From Parcubacteria group bacterium LiPW_41 (GTDB lineage Bacteria > Patescibacteriota > Minisyncoccia > UBA6257 > GWB1-50-10), in NCBI GenBank assembly GCA_007375535.1, contig VMEM01000005.1:7469-71468 (forward strand): a DNA stretch of 64,000 nucleotides, given 5' to 3'. The notes under the pieces are model-generated. The model worked only from the letters and a program-made list of their open reading frames with translations, ran no database searches and was not told the DNA's origin. This document shows positions 28,924 through 38,576 of this stretch, piece after piece. A program made the position numbers and the translations under genes. Position 1 is the stretch's first letter. Each line of letters opens with the position of its first letter.

Positions 28924-29832
28924 ATGATAGTAACACTAACAAGGATAATAAAATATGGTTTTCAAACATTCGTTAGAAACGGATGGCTTTCAGTTTCAAC
29001 AATAAGCATAATGATTCTCGCTGCAGTTGTATTTGAGGGGCTCATTCTTTTCAACGTAACAGGGAAAACTGCAATCAATTCTATTCAAGAGAAGATCGAC
29101 ATAAGTGTTTATTTCAAATCAACCACCCCAGAAGATTCAATTTTGAGTATCAAGCGTTCTCTTGAAAAATTAGACGAAGTGAAAGACGTCGAATATATTT
29201 CGCGCGATAAGGCACTTCAAGACTTTAAGAAAAGACACGAATCTGATGAGGCAATTAGTCAGGCGGTTGATGAACTTGAAGAAAATCCACTTCTCGCAGC
29301 AATTAATATAAAAGCCAAAGACCCTCGCGAATATAAAGCAATCGCCTCGTATCTCGAGAATAAGTCACTTCAAGAACAGATCGAAAAGGTAACATACGCA
29401 CAAAACCAGGTAGTTATTGATAGGTTGGTAGGACTCATTGATACAATGCGAAATGGGGGAATTGTTCTCACTATTTTTCTTGCGTTTCTTGCTATTGTTG
29501 TGACATTTAATACTATTCGCTTGGCAATTTTCTCCTCAAACGACCAAATTGGTATTATGCGTTTGGTAGGAGCGTCAAACACATTTATTCGTGGACCTTT
29601 CGTAATTGAGGGTATAATTTACGGAGTTGTCGCAGGAATTGTAAGTTTTATATTTTTAATTCCAATCGTGAATTTTCTTTCTCCATATGTGAATAGTTTT
29701 ATTCCTGAAATGAATCTCTCTATGTATCTTGGAACAAATACGGTAGCATTGATTTCATACCAATTTCTGTTCTGTATTGGTCTTGGAATACTTTCAAGTA
29801 TTATAGCCGTAAGAAAATACCTTCACCTCTAA
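28924..29832 (+). CDS. ftsX: Cell division permease FtsX
   Basis: NTIRL...IMRLVGAS..FIRGPF.IEG. Confidence 0.92.
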   Translation: MIVTLTRIIKYGFQTFVRNGWLSVSTISIMILAAVVFEGLILFNVTGKTAINSIQEKIDISVYFKSTTPEDSILSIKRSLEKLDEVKDVEYISRDKALQDFKKRHESDEAISQAVDELEENPLLAAINIKAKDPREYKAIASYLENKSLQEQIEKVTYAQNQVVIDRLVGLIDTMRNGGIVLTIFLAFLAIVVTFNTIRLAIFSSNDQIGIMRLVGASNTFIRGPFVIEGIIYGVVAGIVSFIFLIPIVNFLSPYVNSFIPEMNLSMYLGTNTVALISYQFLFCIGLGILSSIIAVRKYLHL

Positions 29833-29868
29833 GGTGTCGTAGGTTTTTGGTTATACGTTGTCTCTTAT

Positions 29869-30933
29869 ATGCAGGTTGATGTTACATATCCAATACTTCA
29901 CACAATTATTCTTATAATTGTGTGTTCTCTTTTTATTATCACTACAATGCGTGTGCGACGGGGAGATGAGCTTTTTTCTCGTGAAAATTCAGATGAGATG
30001 AAGGGATATGCGATGATTGCGATTGTGTTTTCTCATGTTGGGTATTTTCTCTCTAAAGATACGCAATTTCTTTTTCCGTTTTCTATTGGTGCGGGAGTAG
30101 CAGTCAATACATTCTTCTTTTTGTCTGGATACGGACTTGCGATGTCTGCATTTAAAAAATATTTGAAACCAATACCTTTTTATGTACGAAGATTTTTTAA
30201 AATAATTATTCCGCTTTGGATAACACTTGTGCTTTTATATGTAGCTGATTTTCTTTTGCTTAAAAAAACATATAGCACAACTTCTATTATTCATAGTTTT
30301 TTGGGATGGTTTCCAACCGCAAATATATGGAATGATGTAAATTCTCCGTTGTGGTATATCACAATTCTTTTTTTCTTTTATATTATTTTTCCAATCGTTT
30401 TTCGTCCTTGGGTCCCATATTCTTCGGCAATAGTTATAACAATTCTTGGTGGTTTGTTTGCATATTTTGTAGCACCAAGCGAAGTTCAAGGACTCTATCA
30501 GGTACATTGGCTTCTGTTTCCGCTGGGAGTCATAATCGCATCATTTTCGCATACTAGAGTTCTCTCTATTACCAGAGGATCAAAACAGCAATGGATATTT
30601 GGAATTGTTGCGCTAATCATTGCTTCTTTTTTGTTGTATGGGTATGCACAGATTGGAACAAAATATGAACAATATGTAAGTATTTTAATGCTTCTTTTGT
30701 TTTTTGCTGCATTTTGGTTTATTCCTCTTCGCTCAGAGCTTATGGAAAAAATAGGGAAATATTCGTTTGGAATTTATCTTATTCATTGGCCACTAATGTA
30801 CCGATACGGAATATGGTTTCAGGTACTCCCACCGTGGTTCGCTACTTTTGTCGGTCTTTTGCTTTCGTTTGGTTTTGCTTTTGTGTTAGACGCTTTCGTT
30901 CAATTAATTCTCAAAAAAATCGAGAAAAAATAG
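29869..30933 (+). CDS. Acyltransferase family 3 (OafA-like)
   Basis: FFFLSGYGL, RRFFKI, LWYI, YSFGIYLIHW. Confidence 0.85.
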   Translation: MQVDVTYPILHTIILIIVCSLFIITTMRVRRGDELFSRENSDEMKGYAMIAIVFSHVGYFLSKDTQFLFPFSIGAGVAVNTFFFLSGYGLAMSAFKKYLKPIPFYVRRFFKIIIPLWITLVLLYVADFLLLKKTYSTTSIIHSFLGWFPTANIWNDVNSPLWYITILFFFYIIFPIVFRPWVPYSSAIVITILGGLFAYFVAPSEVQGLYQVHWLLFPLGVIIASFSHTRVLSITRGSKQQWIFGIVALIIASFLLYGYAQIGTKYEQYVSILMLLLFFAAFWFIPLRSELMEKIGKYSFGIYLIHWPLMYRYGIWFQVLPPWFATFVGLLLSFGFAFVLDAFVQLILKKIEKK

Positions 30934-30980
30934 CTTTGAAAAATTGAAATTTCTTCAGTATCTCTTTACAATGGTAGGTA

Positions 30981-32087
30981 ATGAGAGTTGCGATTTTGCA
31001 TGATTATCTGAATCAGTTTGGTGGCGCTGAACGTGTTTTGGAGGTACTTCTTGAAATTTTTCCTGATGCGGATTTGTATACACTTTTATATGACCGCGAA
31101 AAAACATTTGGAATTTTTGAACGTAACATTGTTGGGACGAGTATTTTAAATCGATTTCCTATAGTAAAACGAAAACATCGTCTTTTCATTCCATTGATGC
31201 CAACCGCTTCAAATCTTCTTACATCGAACAAGGAGTATGATCTTGTTATATCTTCAACTGCAGGATATGCAAAAGGCTTCCATATAAAGGGAAAATATCA
31301 TATTTCATATTGTCATAGTCCACTCCGATATGCGTGGGAGGTCGACTATTTAAAGAATCTTCCGTTTGCTCCATGGCCATTAAAAGAAATGGTGGTTCGT
31401 CCAATGGCAAAAATTTTGAGAAAATGGGACATCCATGCTGCTACACACGTAAATCTTTTCGTTACCAACTCACAATATATAAAAGAAAAAGTACGCTCAT
31501 ATTACAAACGAGAAGCGATAGTTATATATCCACCAGTAAATACAAAAATATTTTTTCCTGAACCAACAAAAAACGAAAAGGAATATTATTTAATGACGGG
31601 GCGACTCCTTTATTACAAAGGATTTGATATAGCAATCAAAGCATTTAATCGTCTCAGGAAGCCACTTATTATTGTTGGAAGTGGACCGGAGTATGCAAAG
31701 TTAAAACTGTTGGTAAAATCACCACTCATAGAATTCCGAAGTTCAATTTCAGATAATGAGTTGCGAAGGCTTTATTCAAATGCAAAAGCATTTATTTTTC
31801 CTCAAATTGAAGACTTTGGATTGGTTGCAGCAGAGGCACAACTCTGTGGTACGCCAATCATTGCATTTAACCAAGGTGGGGGAGCAGAAATTGTAATCCA
31901 TAAAAAAAATGGAGTTCACTTTAATGAACAAACACCAGAAGCTATTGAACGTGCAGTGTGTGAATTTGAAACTCTTGTATTTGATAGGAAAGCAATTGCA
32001 AAAACTGGAGAACGATTCACAAAGGATCAATTTGTAAATAATTTTAAAAAAATTGTGCGCGCATCTGGTTTTAAGGAAACATTGTAG
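30981..32087 (+). CDS. Glycosyltransferase family 4
   Basis: HDYLNQFGGAERV, EDFGLVAAEAQ. Confidence 0.9.
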   Translation: MRVAILHDYLNQFGGAERVLEVLLEIFPDADLYTLLYDREKTFGIFERNIVGTSILNRFPIVKRKHRLFIPLMPTASNLLTSNKEYDLVISSTAGYAKGFHIKGKYHISYCHSPLRYAWEVDYLKNLPFAPWPLKEMVVRPMAKILRKWDIHAATHVNLFVTNSQYIKEKVRSYYKREAIVIYPPVNTKIFFPEPTKNEKEYYLMTGRLLYYKGFDIAIKAFNRLRKPLIIVGSGPEYAKLKLLVKSPLIEFRSSISDNELRRLYSNAKAFIFPQIEDFGLVAAEAQLCGTPIIAFNQGGGAEIVIHKKNGVHFNEQTPEAIERAVCEFETLVFDRKAIAKTGERFTKDQFVNNFKKIVRASGFKETL

Positions 32088-32098
32088 ATATAGAACTC

Positions 32099-33268
32099 AT
32101 GAACATTCTAATTGACGCTCGACTTCTAACAAGGGGACACATCTCGGGTATCGAAGATTATGCCCGTGGAGTTATTAATGAGATGCTCTCAAATCACACT
32201 GAGCACAATTACGCTTTTTTTTGGAGTGGAATAAAAAAAGTTGATTTTCCAAAAGAGTGGCGACTACCAAATGTATCAGTAATTAATTGGGTAGTTCCAA
32301 ATCGCATGCTTGATATTTTTATCCGTGTTTTTGAGTGGCCAAAAATTGATGCAATATGGCCAGCAGACATTATTTGGAGTCCACACTTTTTTCTTTTACC
32401 AAAACCAAAAAGTGCCAAGCGCATAATCACATTTCATGATTTGTCACCAGAACATTTTCCGAACTTATATCCATTCAGAAAACGTGTGTGGCATTGGCAG
32501 CAGAATTATAGGGCTCAAATGAATCAGGCCGATCATCTTATAGCAGTTTCTGAATTTACAAAAAAAGATATTGTTACAACATTTGGAATTAGCGAAAAAA
32601 AGGTAACTGCAATACACTCGGGAATAAATCCATTTTTTAAACATATTGAAAAGACCGATTCAGGATTAAGGTTATTTCAAAATGCAAATAATCTTACACG
32701 TCCATATTTTTTATTTGTAGGAACACTTGAACCACGAAAAAATATTTCTGGGATAATCAGAGCATTTTCATTATTTAAGGAAAAAGAAGGATGCAAAGAT
32801 TTTGAACTTATTATTGTGGGTAAAAAGGGATGGCTCTTTAACTCAATATTTAATGAAGCAAAGCAATCGCCGTTTTCCTCTGATATAAGGTTTTGGGGAG
32901 AGGTATCCTATGATGAGCTTCGTTATTTATATAATGGTGCTTTTGGATTTTTGTGGCCCTCACTATTTGAAGGATTTGGACATCCGCCCCTCGAGGCTCA
33001 GGCATGTGGGGTCCCTGTCATTGCATCGAACAGATCTTCACTTCCTGAAGTGCTTCAGGATTCTGCACTACTTACTTCTCCACAGAATATTGAAGAAATT
33101 GTGGTTGCTATGGAAGAACTTGTATTGCACAATGAAGTAAGAGAAGCACTCATTGCACGAGGATACGAAAATATAAAACGATTTAGTTGGCGTGCAACAA
33201 GCGATTCACTTATTAAGGTTATCGAATCAATCCATAATGCAAGACAGAGTTCCAATAAAAAACGTTGA
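32099..33268 (+). CDS. Glycosyltransferase family 4
   Basis: GTLEPRKN, EGFGHPPLEA. Confidence 0.9.
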   Translation: MNILIDARLLTRGHISGIEDYARGVINEMLSNHTEHNYAFFWSGIKKVDFPKEWRLPNVSVINWVVPNRMLDIFIRVFEWPKIDAIWPADIIWSPHFFLLPKPKSAKRIITFHDLSPEHFPNLYPFRKRVWHWQQNYRAQMNQADHLIAVSEFTKKDIVTTFGISEKKVTAIHSGINPFFKHIEKTDSGLRLFQNANNLTRPYFLFVGTLEPRKNISGIIRAFSLFKEKEGCKDFELIIVGKKGWLFNSIFNEAKQSPFSSDIRFWGEVSYDELRYLYNGAFGFLWPSLFEGFGHPPLEAQACGVPVIASNRSSLPEVLQDSALLTSPQNIEEIVVAMEELVLHNEVREALIARGYENIKRFSWRATSDSLIKVIESIHNARQSSNKKR

Positions 33269-35342
33269 AGGAGTTGTTGTTGATGTTAAAAATCCACAAG
33301 TTAATTATTCGTGGTCTGTTAAGCATGGAATAATAAATCTTCGTCATACTAGACTAAATTCAATTGGAAGAGGAAGCCGAATTAAATTTTTTGTTCGAGG
33401 AGCTGTCATTTTTGCTTCCTTTTTGTTTTTTGGTCTCGTTGCACACACATCATATACATTATATAAAGCAAAAGACGAAGCACGTGAAACTGGAGAACGA
33501 ATTGCGAGCAATATAAAATCTTCAGTAAATTCACTCCAATCTCTTGATTCCGCAGATGCAAAATCTGGATTTAGAAAAAATATAAACGAATTTAAAAATC
33601 TAGAGATGTCTTTTAATGGAAGCGGGGCGACGAAGATTATGAGCGCACTCGGAAGTATCATTCCAGTATTTAATGATGTGGGAACAGTACTGAAAAGCGC
33701 GGCACTGCTTAATACCAATTTTTTTATTCTTGCTGATTCTCTTGATACTCTAAAGAGAAATGGATTTTCGTATTTTCAATCTGACGGAGATGCACTGATA
33801 AAGACATTACAAGCGATTCAGGATTCGGTAAAAAATATTACTACAGACGCTGAAACAATAAAAAACGCAACAAATAAGCTGAAATCATTTTCTGATTCCG
33901 CAGAATTGATGGATAAAAACATCGCAGATATGTATCTTTCTCACAGTGCGGAATTATATCGTGCTGAGTCATTTTTAAATTCATTTATCACGCTTCTTAA
34001 TTCTGAAAATGAAAAGCATATACTTTTGCTATTCCAGAACCCATCAGAAATCCGTCCCGCAGGAGGATTCTTGGGAAGTTATGCTGATGTCTCATTTGCA
34101 AAAGGACAAATGATTGGAATGGATGTTCGTGATATTTATGATCCCGATGGTCAATTAGATATAAAAGTGGTTCCACCAAAAGAATTGCAAACAGTTACCG
34201 AAAAATGGGGAGCAAGGGATGCAAACTGGTTTCCAGATTTTAAGCTCTCTGCAGAAAATGTGATTTGGTTCTTGGAACAATCAAAGATATATTCAGAAAA
34301 AGATGTAAAGTTCGATATGGCAATTGCGATAAATATTGAGGTGGTTGAATCTCTCATTGAACTCACGGGACCTATCGCACTTCCCGAATACAACCTAACA
34401 ATTTCTAAGGAAAATTTCTTGAAGGAAGTACAGCGTGAAGTTGAAGCGGGAAACGATAAAAAAACAAATGGACAACCAAAAACAATATTAAAGAAGCTTG
34501 CCCCAATTCTTATTGAACGATTAAAAACGCTTAATGACTCACAAAAGGAAATGCTTATTGCGAATTTAGACGCACACGCCGAACAAAAAGATATCATGGT
34601 GTATGCAAAAGATCCTTCGATTCAATCATTTGTACACACATATAATCTTGATGGATCGCTCTATGATATTCCAAGTAATTTTTTTGGGTCATATCTTTCG
34701 GTTATCAACACAAATGTTGCGGGAGGAAAAACTGATGCATTTGTTAGTCAGGCAATTGAGGCGACAATACATATTGATACGAGTGGATCACTCCTTAGTG
34801 ATGTTTCGATAACTCGAAAGCATTCGGGCGGTGACCAGCGTGATCCTTGGTGGAATGTTGATAATAAAAATTATATTCAAATATATACAAATCCAGGCTC
34901 ATCACTTGTTTCTCTCACTGGAAACTCGGTTAAAAAAATAAAATCTTCTTTTGATTATTCGGCAAGTGATTTTATTAAGCGCGATGAATTGAAAAAAATT
35001 GAAGACACAAAAGTATTTCTAACTGAATGGAATGCGTGGGTATTCTCTGCATTCCAAAAAACAGGATTTGGTTCATGGTTCTTTGTATCTCCGAAAGAAT
35101 CACGCACAATCTCCTTCAGATACCACACCGATAATGGAATTGGCTCTGGGCCGAAAGAGGGAGCAATCTACGAATTCTACTATGATAAACAGTCAGGGGT
35201 TTCTAACTCACTTGCAGTTTCAGTAAATGCACCAATTGGATTTATGTGGAAAGAAACAAACACTCCAGTTTTAACATATCAGGTTGATGACGCAAAAGGA
35301 TTTGAAAAGTTTTCTGGAACACTCATCCGTTCCTCCCGTTAG
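33237..35342 (+). CDS. DUF4012-type membrane-anchored protein
   Basis: LLFQNPSEIRPAGGFLGSY, RDANWFPDF. Confidence 0.8.
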   Translation: MQDRVPIKNVEGVVVDVKNPQVNYSWSVKHGIINLRHTRLNSIGRGSRIKFFVRGAVIFASFLFFGLVAHTSYTLYKAKDEARETGERIASNIKSSVNSLQSLDSADAKSGFRKNINEFKNLEMSFNGSGATKIMSALGSIIPVFNDVGTVLKSAALLNTNFFILADSLDTLKRNGFSYFQSDGDALIKTLQAIQDSVKNITTDAETIKNATNKLKSFSDSAELMDKNIADMYLSHSAELYRAESFLNSFITLLNSENEKHILLLFQNPSEIRPAGGFLGSYADVSFAKGQMIGMDVRDIYDPDGQLDIKVVPPKELQTVTEKWGARDANWFPDFKLSAENVIWFLEQSKIYSEKDVKFDMAIAINIEVVESLIELTGPIALPEYNLTISKENFLKEVQREVEAGNDKKTNGQPKTILKKLAPILIERLKTLNDSQKEMLIANLDAHAEQKDIMVYAKDPSIQSFVHTYNLDGSLYDIPSNFFGSYLSVINTNVAGGKTDAFVSQAIEATIHIDTSGSLLSDVSITRKHSGGDQRDPWWNVDNKNYIQIYTNPGSSLVSLTGNSVKKIKSSFDYSASDFIKRDELKKIEDTKVFLTEWNAWVFSAFQKTGFGSWFFVSPKESRTISFRYHTDNGIGSGPKEGAIYEFYYDKQSGVSNSLAVSVNAPIGFMWKETNTPVLTYQVDDAKGFEKFSGTLIRSSR

Positions 35343-35436
35343 AAGAAGTTTTATTTGAGATTTTCTTATCTCCAACTTAAAACTTTTGAGTTTTGTGCTT
35401 GTGGGTTTTCGATTATTTAGGTAAGGTAGAACAAGA

Positions 35437-37257
35437 ATGAAAGAGATAAGAAATTTCGTTATTATTGCTCATATTGACCACGGAAAAAGTACGCTCGCTG
35501 ATCGGCTTCTTGAGGTTACTGGAACGGTTGAAATGAGAAAAATGAAGGCTCAATATCTTGATCAACTCGATCTTGAACGCGAACGGGGAATTACCATCAA
35601 AATGGCTCCTGTCCGAATGGATTATGAGTGGAAGGGGAAACAGTATATTTTGAACCTTATTGATACTCCAGGACACTCTGACTTTTCATATGAGGTATCT
35701 CGTGCACTTGAAGCAGTTGAAGGAGCAATTCTTTTAGTTGATGCAACACAAGGAATTCAAGCACAAACACTTGCGAATTTCCGACATGCAAAAGCAGCGG
35801 GACTTACGATAATTGGAGCTCTAAATAAGATTGATTTTTACAAAGATCACAATGGAGTTATTGATTACAACAATGATCGAGTAAAAATGATGCGAATGGA
35901 ACTATCAGAACTTATCGGGTGCAGCGAAGATGAGATTTATTACGTATCAGGAAAAACGGGAGATGGAGTAGACACACTTCTTCATGCACTCATCGAAAAA
36001 GTACCTCAGCCAAAAAAATCAACGCATCCATTTGGACGAGCACTTATTTTTGATTCTTTCTACGATGATCACAAAGGAGTTGTTGCAAGCGTCCGAATGA
36101 TTGATGGAGGAATTTGTGGTACCGATGAAATTCATCTTATTGCGCGAAACATTTCATCAAAGATTAAAGAAGTGGGATATTTTTCACCGCAATTAAAAAC
36201 ACTTCCACCACCCCAAAAGATCACCGCGGGAGAAATTGGATATATCGCAACAGGGATTCGAGATCCAGAAAAAGTTACCATTGGAGACACGGTAATTGTG
36301 GGAGATGTCCGTGACTATGAACAATATATGCTCCATGGATACAAGGAGGCAATGCCCGTAGTTTTCGTTTCATTTTACCCAGAAGAAAGTGATGACTACG
36401 AGTCACTTACAAAGGGACTTCAAAAACTAAAATTGAACGATTCCTCGCTTTCAATTGAGCCCGACCAAAATGAGGTGCTTGGTCGTGGGTATAAAGTTGG
36501 CTTTCTTGGACGACTACATTTTGAAATTATCGCAGAACGTCTACGACGTGAGTTCAATGCTCCAACAGTAAATACATTTCCTTCGGTGTTGTATAAGGTA
36601 AAACAAAAGGGAAACTGGATCTCAATTGTTAAACCTGAAGAACTCCCACAAGAGTATGACGAGATTTGGGAACCAATGATTCGATTGGATGTAATTGTGC
36701 CAAGTGAATACCTCTCAAGTATGTTGGGACTTCAGCGAATGTTTCGAATGTCTGAGGTACACACTGAAACGCTAGCAGATAGAGTACGAATTACAGCACG
36801 AATGCCACTCTCTGAACTTATCAGTGATTTTGACGATCAAATAAAGTCCTCAACAAAAGGAATGGCTTCATTCAGCTATGAATTCGAAAATTATGAGAAA
36901 ACAGATGTAATCCGCGTTGATGTGCTAGTAACCCATGAACTAATTCCAGGACTTTCTCGCTTCCTTCCAAAGGATAGGGCAGAATATGAAGCTCGACAGA
37001 TGGCGGGACGACTTAAGGAACTTCTTCCTCGCGAGCAGTGGAACCAACCAATTCAAATCCAAGCCGATGGAAAAATTATTGCACGTGAAGATATACCAGC
37101 AATGAGAAAGGAGCTTGGAAACTTTGGTAAAAATGGAGGAGATCGAACACGAAAAATGAAATTGTGGAAAAAGCAACAAAAAGGAAAAAAACGAATTGCA
37201 GAACGTGCTCGAGTAGACATCGCCCCAGAAGTTTTCAAAGAACTCCTCAAACGTTAA
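35437..37257 (+). CDS. lepA: Elongation factor 4
   Basis: AHIDHGKSTLADR, ERERGITIK, GFLGxLH, GGDxTRKMKL. Confidence 0.95.
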   Translation: MKEIRNFVIIAHIDHGKSTLADRLLEVTGTVEMRKMKAQYLDQLDLERERGITIKMAPVRMDYEWKGKQYILNLIDTPGHSDFSYEVSRALEAVEGAILLVDATQGIQAQTLANFRHAKAAGLTIIGALNKIDFYKDHNGVIDYNNDRVKMMRMELSELIGCSEDEIYYVSGKTGDGVDTLLHALIEKVPQPKKSTHPFGRALIFDSFYDDHKGVVASVRMIDGGICGTDEIHLIARNISSKIKEVGYFSPQLKTLPPPQKITAGEIGYIATGIRDPEKVTIGDTVIVGDVRDYEQYMLHGYKEAMPVVFVSFYPEESDDYESLTKGLQKLKLNDSSLSIEPDQNEVLGRGYKVGFLGRLHFEIIAERLRREFNAPTVNTFPSVLYKVKQKGNWISIVKPEELPQEYDEIWEPMIRLDVIVPSEYLSSMLGLQRMFRMSEVHTETLADRVRITARMPLSELISDFDDQIKSSTKGMASFSYEFENYEKTDVIRVDVLVTHELIPGLSRFLPKDRAEYEARQMAGRLKELLPREQWNQPIQIQADGKIIAREDIPAMRKELGNFGKNGGDRTRKMKLWKKQQKGKKRIAERARVDIAPEVFKELLKR

Positions 37258-37280
37258 TTAAAAAAATAGCATCATTGAAA

Positions 37281-37300
37281 CCTGCCTGCCGGTAGGCGGG
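37281..37300. repeat. REP-like GC-rich palindrome
   Basis: CCTGCCTGCCGGTAGGCGGG inserted within a heptamer tract. Confidence 0.5.
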
Positions 37301-37343
37301 TTTGTAAATTATAAATTGAAATTGGTTATGTTATTCTAATATT

Positions 37344-37616
37344 ATGAGTCAATATCTCATAAATAAGATGGAGCAAGCACCTAATCGACACGTCATTATT
37401 TTGCTCTTATCAGCTGCTTTTATATTGGCTCAATTTATTGTTGAACTTATTATTGTTTCGTTTTTCATAAACATCATCCCAAGCACGGGAACCTTTTTAT
37501 ATGCACATCAGTGGATTTTTGGAATTGTTCATATGATATTTACAGTAATTCTCTTGTGGTTTGCGGGAAAATGTGGAGATAACTATTGCAATCATTTTAA
37601 AAAAACTAGCAATTAA
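37344..37616 (+). CDS. Small 2-TM hypothetical protein
   Basis: Hydrophobic; TAATG coupling to the next gene. Confidence 0.6.
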   Translation: MSQYLINKMEQAPNRHVIILLLSAAFILAQFIVELIIVSFFINIIPSTGTFLYAHQWIFGIVHMIFTVILLWFAGKCGDNYCNHFKKTSN

Positions 37617-37900
37617 TGAAATTTTGGAAAATTCTCATTCTGTGTGTGTTAATGATATTCCTCGGATGGGGTATTTTTAATCTCGAAAAAGAAAAGCGCG
37701 AAATGGAGCGAGAATATATAAAAATAAAGGAGGTAACAGACAAACTAACAGAAGAAAACAGAAAGACAAGAGAACAGGTTGAATACTATAAAAATCAAGA
37801 GAATCTCTTGAAAGCTTCTCGTGAACAGTTTAATCTAAAGAAAGAAGGGGAGACGTTGATGATCATTGTCCCAAAAACAACCTCATCAACCCCGCGATAA
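37616..37900 (+). CDS. FtsB/DivIC-like septum formation initiator
   Basis: TM + coiled coil + REQFNLKKEGE motif. Confidence 0.75.
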   Translation: MKFWKILILCVLMIFLGWGIFNLEKEKREMEREYIKIKEVTDKLTEENRKTREQVEYYKNQENLLKASREQFNLKKEGETLMIIVPKTTSSTPR

Positions 37901-37904
37901 AAAA

Positions 37905-37975
37905 GTGGAATTGGTTCAGTGGCAGAATGCGACCTTCCCAAGGTTGAGACACGGGTTCGATTCCCGTATTCCGCA
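37905..37975 (+). tRNA. tRNA-Gly(CCC)
   Basis: Cloverleaf, anticodon loop TTCCCAA, GGTTCGATTCCC. Confidence 0.92.
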
Positions 37976-38092
37976 CAAAATAAAACGAACTGTAATAAGT
38001 TTGTTTTTTTGTAGGGAATCGAACCGAAGGCGTACAATAATAAGGAGTGGAACACGACTATATTATTGTAGCGTCTCGACCAAAGGGAGAGG

Positions 38093-38112
38093 CGATTCCC
38101 GTATTCCGCACA
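38093..38112 (+). repeat. 20-bp direct repeat of the tRNA-Gly 3' end
   Basis: CGATTCCCGTATTCCGCACA equals 37958-37977. Confidence 0.85.
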
Positions 38113-38253
38113 GTTAAAGTTTTAAATTTAGAACTGAGTTATTCACTCCCTTTCTTGCTGAGAAGGGGAGTGTTATACTAATAAAAAAGCCACACTTCAT
38201 AATATTGACTTTTGGCTAAAGTCGTTGTATAATACAACTAATAAAAATTATCT

Positions 38254-38571
38254 ATGGATAACACAACCCTTCAAAACCTTTTGTCGATAAACCTTTTTGA
38301 GAAGCTCGGAATCGAGAATCTTTCTCCTGAAGAAAAATTAGTGTTTGTTGAAAAAATGGGTGAAGCAATCCAAGGACGTATTTTACTTCGTGTTTTAAAG
38401 GAACTCCCAGAAGAAAAGAAAGAAAAAGTTGAAGCAGCACTTTCTGATACTGCTGATTTTGATTCATTGTTGTTGGCGATTGCTCAAGTACTTCCAAATT
38501 ACGAAGAAATAATTAAAGAAGAGGTAGCAACCTACAAAGAAGAAGTTATCGCACGATACAATCAGCAATAA
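38254..38571 (+). CDS. DUF5663-like acidic helical protein
   Basis: LGIENLSPEEK...LPNYEEIIKEE pattern typical of CPR. Confidence 0.7.
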   Translation: MDNTTLQNLLSINLFEKLGIENLSPEEKLVFVEKMGEAIQGRILLRVLKELPEEKKEKVEAALSDTADFDSLLLAIAQVLPNYEEIIKEEVATYKEEVIARYNQQ

Positions 38572-38576
38572 AGACC

